Source: Catajapyx aquilonaris
Lineage: Eukaryota
Reading direction: 5' to 3'
Length of the DNA stretch: 44,757 nucleotides
Assembly: GCA_000934665.2 (NCBI GenBank)
Contig: KZ539333.1
Span: 1 to 44,757 of the forward strand
In this document: piece after piece, positions 35,431-44,757 of the stretch
Position numbering within the stretch: the stretch's first letter is position 1
How the letters are laid out: every line of letters begins with the position of its first letter
The notes under the pieces: generated by a model
What the model was told of the DNA's origin: nothing
The model's database searches: none
Seen by the model: only the letters and a program-made list of their open reading frames with translations
Translations under genes and position numbers: made by a program

Positions 35431-36403
35431 GTCTGTTGCGCCTGTTCAAGTGGTATAGCCGGCAATTAACATAAGAGAAAACATGTACACTTTGTTTCCT
35501 TGCATTACTGCAAAAGGAGGTGAAGGAATTGTCTCAATAATTTATTGACAAAAAAAACTCTCAATATTATCATAATAGGGCCTACTTAGTTTCTCTTGTT
35601 GTATGATAATGATTCTAATTAAGCCTTTGTCGTCTTGGTGTTTCAACATTTTCGTTACATTTTGTGCAGGAAGTTGGACTTGACAACGACAAATCTGCTG
35701 CGTTACTTATGTAGGACTTATGTAGGATGTCTAAGGACTGGCTTGGCTGGCTGAGTGAATAGGACTACTTTTTCTCAACAGGCTGTGGCACATACCACAG
35801 AGGTTTATAGATAACTGCAAGAGCAGCAACCCTTCGGCAAGACAGACAAGAGTATGGTACATAATTTAGGTGCAAGGATTAAGGGCAGGAGCACAACAGG
35901 TGGCGTGGGGCGAGGGGGGGGGGGGNGGGGGGGGGGGGGGGTAAATTACAGGACGGTATAAAGGGTAAGAAAATGTAAGGTAAAATATGGGTTCTGATTA
36001 CCCTACAAGGTATAAATGTGGGAGGTAAAAAAATACGATGTAAGAAAGTGGCCATTTTTTACCTTGCATTAGAGGGTAAATTATTATAGGGTAACTTTAT
36101 TAGAAGTAACTTTTGCATTATTACCTTATAAAATAGAGGGTAAAAATGCCTCTGTTTACCTTCTCTAGAGAAGGTAAATGGTTAAGAGTGTACCCCAGCT
36201 TATGTTTGGGTTCAGAGCGTAGAGCTTTGGCGATTTTTTGAAAAATTCTGACCCCGTTCCCTTTCCTCCTTCCCCCACTTTTGAGAGAGACATCTGCTGT
36301 GTAAAGCCAAAAAGCGGCAACAAAAAATGAAACACCACGTTGTGGAGCTCGGAGAAAACACATTCCGAATCCTGTTTTTATTCGATTTTAAAATTCGTTT
36401 GCA

Positions 36404-37416
36404 TCAATGATTGATGGAGAATGCTTCCTTGATGAACTCGATTCCGGCCAAGTCATCCAATCTAATCTTACTTAACGCCATGTTCACATGGTTGTCTGTC
36501 AGTTGTCGAAACATATTCCCTTAGCCGAGACCTTATATTCTTCTAGAAGTACTTCCAAATTCATATTCAGAAAAGCTGAAGCGGCTTCTTCTGCAAGGAA
36601 AATGCGGTTGTGTGTATACCAACGAAATATTGAGTTGCACAAGATGTAAAACCGGACCTTCAATGCTTCAGGACGTTATGCATAATAATGTTAAAAATAC
36701 GATTCTGCATAAATATTTCATGGCAATAATTCGCACCAATCGTGTAGAAATTCAATGTGCTTAATATTGAAGTTCCTAATTTCAGAAAACACTAATATGG
36801 AGTGGCTCACGGAAAATTAATGGGTGGAATTTTCGTTGTACTAACTAGTAACTATTAGCAGTACCATTGCACTACACTGGTACTGCTAAGTTAGAAGTAA
36901 CTAGTAGTATAACGAAAATTCCACAAATTGTTTTCAGAAAGGAGACTTCATAAGCAGTAAATTGGAAATTGCTTGAGTAAGACCTATGGTACAGCTTAAA
37001 TCAATTGGTGAAGGTCTTACTTGCGCCTGCCTTGTTTCAGTACTTTCATTCTGCCACGGAGGTCTTACTGCCCTTTTTTCACTCAAGGGAATGTTTTTGC
37101 TCTTATATTTTCTTCATTGCAAGAATTCTTGACATGCCTGGCACGTACCTTCTTGAATCAAAGGCTTCATTTCATTGATCAGCTGCACTATGCAAGGCTC
37201 CAGTTCATTTCGTGGTATTCCTGTGCACCTCTTGTACTCTTCATCTGACACATAAAGGGTAAAATATGGGGGGAAATATATTCTCATTACATTGTTGGCC
37301 CAAACCACAGTTTGAATGTTTAGTGCTGGGAATGTCTTAAAAGTAACTCACTCAGAGTGATGGCTGCATAGTGTATAGGATACTGCGAAAAGGAGCACAG
37401 CCAAGGAAAGCTTCGT
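36404..37416 (-). pseudogene. Degraded Takeout locus: exon 6 (36404-36590) plus exons 1-2 (37149-37416); exons 3-5 absent
   Basis: Start codon is ACG (37414-37416), exon 1 has indels, exon 2 reads CTGIPRNELEPC, and exon 6 has a 2-nt frameshift. The two parts may come from different ancestral copies. Confidence 0.8.
36824..36924. repeat. About 100-bp hairpin (MITE core)
   Basis: gtggaattttcgtt..ttagcagtacca pairs with tggtactgctaa..aacgaaaattccac. Confidence 0.7.
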
Positions 37417-38027
37417 GTCGGTTGCGCCTGTTCAAGTGCTGGTAAGGCCTGCAATTTACATAAGAGAATACTTGTACACTTTGTTTCATTATTGCATTAC
37501 TGCAGAAGGAAGCGAAGGAATTACCTCAATAATTTAAACAAAAACTGCCAATTATCACGTAACTTAGGCCTACTTATAGTTTCTCATAATGTATGATAAT
37601 GATTGTAATTAAGCCTTTGTCGTCTTGGTGTTTCAACATTTTCATTGCCGTTTGTGAAGGAAGTTCGACTTGACAACGACAAATCTGCTGCATTACTAAT
37701 GTAAGATGTCCTGGGACTGGCTGAGTTAGTAATAATGTTGAAAACAATAACAAAAATTCAACATTCTTTTTCAAAGTGTCATTGACTTGAGTTGTGATAA
37801 TCGACATTCAAAAGCTGCAAGTTTGAAAGTCCAGCTTGATGTTTCTGTAATACACTTATGCATCTCGCAAGGAAAGAAGTATATTTAAAATTTTATTTTT
37901 TACATGATCCACTCTCTCAACATCCCGATAACAAAGTGTCTGTCAATGAGGTACTGGTACCGGTATTTTACATGACAGAATAACATAATTATTTTATTCA
38001 CTTTCCAATAAATCAGGCATTTTGTGA

Positions 38028-39224
38028 CTAATCGATGGAGAATGCTTCCTTGATGAAATCGCTTCCTGCCAAGTCGTCCAGTTTAATCCGACTTAACGCC
38101 TTGTTCACATGGTTGCCTGTCAGTTCTCGAAACATTCCCTTAGCAGAGGACTTGAATTCACCCAAAAGTATATCCAAATTCATGTTCAGAAAAGCTGATG
38201 CTGCTTCTTCTGCAATGAAAATGCCGTTCTTTAGATCTCTGAAATGAGCTATGTTCATGTAGTATACTTACGCATAATTGCATTTCCGTCATACAAGTTG
38301 TACATTCTCATTGCACCTTTCCTGTAACTAAGGGTCACTTCAGTGCCCTTCTCTTGAAGATGTAGTTCGCCATGTATGTCCACTACTTCCATCTTCGACA
38401 CTCCGTAGATGNACACTCCGTAGATGTGAAAGCGTTCTGTAAAGATGGGTCTCATTCTGGAAAATACATGCTGCGAGATAAGTATGTTTAAAATTATCTC
38501 ATCCTTACCCAATCTACTCCAAAATGTTCCGTTTCCATAGAGAGGGAACTGCAATATCTTGGCGTCCAAAACATACCATCCTTTCTGCACAAGTTCAGGT
38601 ATGACCACAGTCCAAATTGCAAGCTTGTTTTCGTAGTCAATTCTGGAGAGTACAACCAAACAATAATTTAAACAAAATGGCCCCAAGTGAATGAATCACA
38701 ATTTCCATTACAGAAAAAGACACGTTATATAGCACTTTAGGAAAAATTAAAGTAGTGCTCATCGATGAAAATTTCATTTTCCCTTACTTGAGATGTGTCA
38801 ATTCAAAATCCTCTATTCCACTAACTGCTGCATTGTACACATGCCCTTGCACGTAGTTTAATCGGTCTGTTTGGTTTACCTGGTGTGAGTCGTACCCGCA
38901 TGAATCTGCATCCCATCCCAATTCTTTGATACCTGCATTAAAAATGCATATAATTATAATATACATAGCCATAATTCTCATATAATGGCATGGCGCCTAC
39001 CTTCTTGAATCAAAGGCTTCATTTCATTAATGAGATTCACAATGCATGGTTCTAGCTCACTGCGCTGTATTGCTTTGCATCTCATGTACGCTTCGCCTAT
39101 CATGTATGAAACGAAAATAATAATAATAATATTTATCTCCGTATCGTAAATATGTGTACTTACCTAGCGTAATGGCTGATATATATCCCAGTGCGAAAAG
39201 ATACAAAATCAAGAGAGACTTCAT
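38028..39224 (-). CDS. Takeout/JHBP-family copy 11 (6 exons; exon 5 spans an assembly join)
   Basis: MKSLLILYLFALGYISAITLG / CKAIQRSELEPC / WDADSCGYD / FPLYGNGTFW / DDLAGSDFIKEAFSID*. Confidence 0.83.
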
Positions 39225-39754
39225 GCCTAGTGCGCATTCGCAAAACTGGTTGTACGTATACTCAATAATGTTGTATACACATTGAATTACACGTCGCCGT
39301 CACTTACAAGGAAACTGGGAAGCTTTTCTTATAGTATTCACAATGAGAACAATTGCCTAACTGACACTTTGCATGTTTATCGTGTAGGCCTATATCTTGC
39401 GGATTAATGGGTACAATAAATTGTAATGATCAGGCAATAAAAGCGGGGGGGAATTATTCTAGGCCTACTTAACTGGCTGTGGACAACCACTACACATTTC
39501 GTACGGTAACACAATAACCAAAATATTTCATAGTAGAAAATGCGCTTCTCTGTAGTTTTATGATTGTTTCAGTGGTTAAGTGACATTCCATTGCACTATT
39601 TTCATTTTTCACAGTTTTGGATTAATTCTACTCACTAAGCTAGCTGATGGAGGATATCAACACTGGTAGAATTAAGAGTCAGAACAAATATTATTTGATA
39701 TGCACCACTATTTATTTTATTCACAGTGCAATACATCAGGTGTACAATATGTAA

Positions 39755-41134
39755 CTAACTGATGGAGAATGCTTCCTTGATGAACTCGCTTCCGGCCAAG
39801 TCGTCCAATCTAATCCTACTTAACGCCAAGTTCACATGGTTGCCTGCGAATAACTGAAATGTCCCCTTAGCTGAAGCTTTTAATTCATCATATAGAGCAT
39901 CCAAGTTCATGTTGAGGAATGCTGATGCCGCTTCTTCTGCAATATTATATCATTTCAGATTGATGAAAATGCATCATTTAAACCAGGAATGCTTGCTTAC
40001 GCATAATTGAGTTTCCATCGAAGAGGTTGTTCAGTCTCATTGCAGTTTTCCTGTAACTGACGGTAATTTCTGTGTCCTTCTCCTGAAGATGGGGCTTACC
40101 ATTTATGTCCACTACTTCCAGCTTTGACACTCCGTAGATGTGGAGACCCTCTGATGAGAATACACAGTGTGGTTCAGACACAGTGACACTTCTGCATTTG
40201 CAGAAGTGTCGCTGTGGGTTTTCTTCACTGACTCATATTTGAGGAGTACTATACATTTGAGTTCATTAGTACGTACCATCCATACTCCAGGAGCGTCGGC
40301 GTCATTTATTATGTCGATTGGGACAGAAGCTAAATTTTGAAACACTGACTGATATGGTCGTAATTTTTGTGTCGGTGTAACTCTGGAAGTCTTACCTGCA
40401 CGATTCCAGAATGTTCCGTTTCCGTAGAGAGGAAACTGCAATATGTTGGCGTCCATGTTGTATCGTCCCTTTTGGACAAATTCAGGTATCACGACAGTCC
40501 AAATTGCAAGTCTGTTTTCGTAGTCAATCCTACAAAGAATGGTATAGAGCAGTGTTAGAAAACACTCCTTGGCCCCCTTGTAATTCAACCTTCTACGCGT
40601 ATAATCTCTACTATCACTACTACCACCACTACAGTCTCTTAGTATTTAAAGAGACGCACACGTTGGTCTTACTTCAGATATGTCAATTCAAACTCCTCGA
40701 GTCCGGTAATCGTTGCTGAATGAAAGTGTCCCTTCACGTGGTTCATTCCACCTTTCTGATCCACAGAGACAGAGTCGTAGTGGCAGTCATTGGCATCCCA
40801 TCCCAATTCTTTAATACCTGCAAGAAATCCCTAATCTTCATTCACTTATATTTCTTTGTTGTAATAAATCTTGGCATGTCCAGCACGTATACCTTCTTGA
40901 ATCAAAGGCTTTAGATCGTGAATCAAGTTCACGATGCATGGCTCCAGTTCATTTCGTGGTATTCCTTTGCACCTCTTGTACGCCTCATCTGACAAATCGA
41001 GATAAACACGAGGACAATTCTCATTGCTTTGTTGTACGAATCCTTAGTATAGGAATGTTTTAAAATAACTCACCCAAAGTAATGGCTGCAGTGTAGGATG
41101 CTGTGCAAAGGAACATAACCAAGGAAGGCTTCAT
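39755..41134 (-). CDS. Takeout/JHBP-family copy 12 (6 exons, intact)
   Basis: MKPSLVMFLCTASYTAAITLG / CKGIPRNELEPC / WDANDCHYD / FPLYGNGTFW / EAFSIS*. Confidence 0.88.
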
Positions 41135-41782
41135 GTCTGTTGCACCTTCTCAAGTGGTATGGCCTGCAATATTACCTAAGAGAAAACTTGTACCGTTTCG
41201 GTTCAACTTACTGAAGGAGGAAGTTAAAGAATTTCCTCTATAATAAGATTGACAATGTAGGATGACTATTATCATTAACTTAGTTTTTATGATGATCGAT
41301 GATGACTGTAATTATTTTAAGTTTATGTCAACTTGGCATTGTGACATTGTTGCAGCAAATTTTCGCTGAAAGTTTCCTCGACAAACCACTAATCTGCTGC
41401 GAAAGTAAAGTGAGATGTTAAAATCTGAGTTGGTAATAATGTTGCTAAATATAATTAAGAAATGAAACCTGGCTTTCCTGACATATTATTGGCTTGGGTT
41501 GTGTAATAGGCATTTACATGCAGCCATTTCTAGAACAATACATCAATTATTACTGTACATCATTGATTGACAGAAAATGCTTCCATGATGAACTCGCTTC
41601 CGGCCAAGTCGTCCAATCTAATCTTACTTAAAGCCAAGTTCACATGGTCGCCTGTGAATGTGCGAAAATTCCCCTTAGCTGTAGATTTGCATCCATCAAG
41701 AAAAGCATCCAAGTTCATGATGAGGAAAGCCGACGCTGCTTCTTCTGCAATTATGTTGTTAATGTTGAATGAATTGGCTGTT

Positions 41783-42169
41783 GGGCATGGTCGGTCCAAT
41801 AAATTCCGAATAAGAGCAATTACTTTTTCGCTACGCGGAACGGTCATCCCAGGGCGAGGTGTCAAAGTGTGTCGTCTGCTAATGAGCGGCGCGGCGCGCC
41901 GCCACGCGGGAAACAGGGGAACTGGAGGGCTGCACCGCTCTGGGATGGGCCTAAGCGCGCGGGCAGGCGGGAGCAGCCCTCCAGTTCCCAAGGTCCCGAG
42001 GGCGTCGCTGGCGGACGGCCAGCTTCAAGCCCGATATTTGAATTTCCCCACTTTGACCCCTCGCCCATGGATTACCGTTCCGCGTAGCAAAAAACGGATT
42101 GCACCTTCGGGTTCAGGATTTTTTGCCCGATTTTTAGAGACAAACTTGTTTATTGATTGGAGTCTCCCT
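41783..42169. mobile_element. DNA transposon remnant (Kolobok-like end CCCT|TTAA)
   Basis: Internal IR gctacgcggaacggtcatcccagggcgaggtgtcaaagtg (~41830) / cactttgacccctcgcccatggattaccgttccgcgtagc (~42049). Right end gtctccct|ttaa; left end missing. Confidence 0.6.
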
Positions 42170-42207
42170 TTAAGTGAGAGGGTCAGTATTTAACAGACAC
42201 ACGTGTT

Positions 42208-42510
42208 TTTTTTTAATTGTTACCCCGTGCTCGAGCCATTCGGCTCGTTTTGGGGGGAGGGGAAGGTTCCCAAGGGGGGGCATCCTCGGTTTATAGTCAT
42301 TCTCGACTCTCTCAAATACGCCAGACCTTTTCTCTGGCCCCGGGCAGCTAAGGGAGTGCAATGCTGCCCCGGCGTGTCGGAAAAGCGGAAAAGCGGAAAG
42401 CGGAAAAGCGGAAAAAGGCCCGGCCAAGCAGAGGTGACGGGGACGGGATTTGAACCCCGGCCTCCCGCTTGGCTAGCCAGTGGCGTAACCACTAGACTAC
42501 CACGCCTCCC
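42208..42510 (-). mobile_element. tRNA-derived SINE family B, full length with poly-A and 17-bp TSD
   Basis: A box tggtagtctagtgg, B box ggttcaaatcc, A-tail. taacagacacacgtgtt at 42191-42207 and 42511-42527. Confidence 0.92.
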
Positions 42511-43244
42511 TAACAGACACACGTGTTATATTCATACTTCAGGTATGTCAAATCAAAATCCTCCAATCCGCTAGTCGTTGCTGAATGAAAGTGTCCTTGC
42601 AGGTGGTTCATACCATCTTTCTCGTTTATATCGAGAGAGTCATAATGGCAGTCATCGACATCCCATCCCAATTCTTTAATACCTGCAAGAAACGCTTACT
42701 CGTAAATTATAATCACTTTGTAACTATGATGAACATGTCTGACCCTTACCTTCTTGAATCAAAGGCTAAGATCGTGAATCAGCTTCACGATGCATAGCTC
42801 CAGTTCATTTCGTGGCATGGTTCTAGCTCACTGCGCTGTATTCCTTTGCATCTCATGTACGCTTCGCCTATCATGTATGAAACGAAAATAATAATAATAA
42901 TATTTATCTCCGTATCGTAAATATGTGTACTTACCTAGCGTAATGGCTGATATACAGTATATCCCAGTGCGAAAAGATACAAAATCAAGAGAGACTTCAT
43001 GCCTAGTGCACATTCGCAAAACTGGTTGTATACTCAATAATGTTATACACATTGAATTGCACGTCTCCGTCACTGATAAGGAAACTGGGAAGCGTTCCTT
43101 ATAATATTCACATTGAGAACAATTGCCTCACTGACATTCTGCACGTTTATCGTGTATATCTTGCGGATTAATGAGTACAATAAATTGATCAGGCAATAAA
43201 AGCGGGGGGAAATTATGCTAGGCCTGCTTAACTACTGCAGGATA

Positions 43245-43522
43245 CCGAAGCAGGTTGGCATAGTGGATAAGGCGTCCGACTGCTAATCGGGAGGTCCTGG
43301 GTTCGAATCCCGGGGCCGGCAACTCTGACCGTGGTTTTCTGTGGTTTCCCACGGTCCTTCCAGGAAAATTCCGGAGTTGCTTCCGTAATTAATAGGCCAC
43401 AGCCGCTTCCTTCCGTCCCTATCCTATCCCAAAGAGCACAGTAAAATGAAAGCAAAGAGTTCCAGGCAAAACAAACTTCCCCCCTAAAGAGCCGATGGCT
43501 GATAACGGGGTACGAATTATTA
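43245..43522 (+). mobile_element. tRNA-derived SINE family A, full length with about 16-bp TSD
   Basis: A box tggcatagtgg, B box ggttcgaatcc. taactactgcaggata at 43229 and 43523. Confidence 0.92.
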
Positions 43523-43649
43523 TAACTACTGCAGGATACTACTGGAGGATATCAAAACTGGTAGAATCAAGAGTCAGAACGAATGTTATTTGACATGCAC
43601 CACTATTTCTTTTATTCACTGTGGAATACATCAGGTGTACAATATGTAA

Positions 43650-44757
43650 CTAACTGATGGAGAAGGCTTCCTTGATGAACTCGCTTCCGGCCAAGTCGTC
43701 CAATCTAATCTTACTTAAAGCCAAGTTCACATGGTCGCCTGCGAATGAGTGAAATGTCCCCTTAGCTGAAGCTTTTAATTCATCAAATAGAACATCCAAG
43801 TTCATGTTGAGGAAAGCTGAGGCCGCTTCCTCTGCAATATTATATATCATTTCAGATTGATGAAAATGCATCATTTAAACCAGGAATGCATCCTTACGCA
43901 TAATTGAGTTTCCATCGAAGAGGTTGTTCAGTCTTATTGCAGTTTTCCTGTAACTGACGGTAATTTGTGTGTCCTTCTCCTGATGATGGGGCTTACCATT
44001 TATGTCCACTACTTCCAGCTTTGATACTCCGTAGATGTGGAGACCCTCTGATGAGAATACACAGTGTGGTTCAGACACAGCGACGCTTCTGCATTTGCAG
44101 AAGTGTCGCTGTGGGTTTTCTTCGCTGAGTCATATTTGAGGAGTACTATACAAGGTGAATCCGATCTCCACCGACGGCCATGTACCAATGTCATAATGGG
44201 AAGCAGGGGATCAATTAATGTAGAGGAGTCATCATGTCTAGGCCGCCTCATTACGGAGATAATTGCCTTCAAACATGTAGTACAAAGTATCCTGGGAGGT
44301 ATGGAAACCTTCAGCCCCGACATCGCATCATTCGTGAAAATAGCAGCTTTTCCATTTAGCTACTGGCATGTCGCATGTGCACTGCATGTCGCATGTGATC
44401 TGTGACAATTTGTGACAATCTGTGACAATCACTCTTAGGCCCAATTGCTAAATCGCAAATGATCAATTATCTCAGTAATGAGGCTGCGCAGACATAATGA
44501 CTCCTCTACATTAATTGATCCCCTGGTGCCCATTATGCCATTGGTACATGGCTGTTGGTGGAGATCGGATTCACCCTGTATATTTGAGTTCATTAGTACG
44601 TACACCCATCCATACGCAGGGGCGTCGGCGACATTTATTATGTCGATTTGGACAGAAGCTAAGTTTTGAAACACTGTCTGACATGGACGTAATTTTTACG
44701 TCGGTGTAACTCTGGAAGTCTTACCTACACGATTCCAGAATGTTCCGTTTCCATAGA
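43650..44757 (-). CDS. Takeout/JHBP-family copy 14, 3' part (exons 4-6; 5' end outside the window)
   Basis: LYGNGTFWNRV / EGLHIYGVSKLEVV / DDLAGSEFIKEAFSIS*. Close paralog of copy 12. Confidence 0.82.
44151..44578. mobile_element. Tc1/mariner-type MITE with long TIRs and TA TSD
   Basis: ta|caaggtgaatccgatctccacc... / ...ggtggagatcggattcaccctg|ta. The empty site gagtactatacatttgagttc is in copy 12 (~40245). Confidence 0.92.

Larger units (their letters stand above)
41560..43000 (-). pseudogene. Chimeric Takeout pseudogene (copy 13)
   Basis: A copy-11-type exon 1 with a 5-nt insertion and the first half of exon 2 is joined at ~42816 to another copy's exons 2-3 (the ELE segment occurs twice). 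Exons 4-5 are missing; exon 6 lies at 41560-41744. Confidence 0.85.

Noticed and set aside
35760..36360. G-run and gggtaaa-rich tract as telomeric or G-quadruplex element
   Set aside because: Irregular motif spacing and an N within the G-run; more likely a degenerate repeat plus an assembly join.
38399..38426. Apparent 5-codon duplication in copy 11 exon 5
   Set aside because: acactccgtagatg is repeated on either side of a single N, typical of a contig-overlap artefact.
41567..42574. 208-aa and 123-aa plus-strand ORFs
   Set aside because: Antisense to a Takeout exon and running through GC-rich MITE/SINE sequence; no protein motifs.
43245..43320. tRNA genes (also 42440-42510 and 34340-34400)
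   Set aside because: A/B boxes are followed by SINE bodies, and the two full-length copies have tails and TSDs; no complete cloverleaf is evident.
13369..44757. One Dscam-like gene with mutually exclusive exon cassettes
   Set aside because: Intact units each have their own signal-peptide exon and stop codon, and orientations are mixed, so these are separate genes.

Overview
Eukaryotic genomic DNA, probably arthropod (pancrustacean/hexapod-like), with GT-AG introns, tRNA-derived SINEs and many MITEs; it is not prokaryotic. 0-3.5 kb holds decayed transposon pieces (Helitron helicase end, LINE RT, PIF/Harbinger). 4.3-6.3 kb is a two-exon ankyrin + 42-aa TPR-repeat gene with near-identical 126-bp repeats. 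6.4-11 kb is a pseudogenised double C-type lectin membrane gene split by a Transib-like element with RSS-like ends. 11.3-12.9 kb is an intronless divergent ionotropic receptor. From 13.4 kb to the window end lies a birth-and-death array of about 17 Takeout/JHBP-family loci: 9 apparently intact 6-exon genes, 1 running off the window, 5 pseudogenes and 2 orphan last exons. A snakeskin-like gene is embedded in the array. Gene models were assembled by hand, and family calls come from motif recognition, not database searches.
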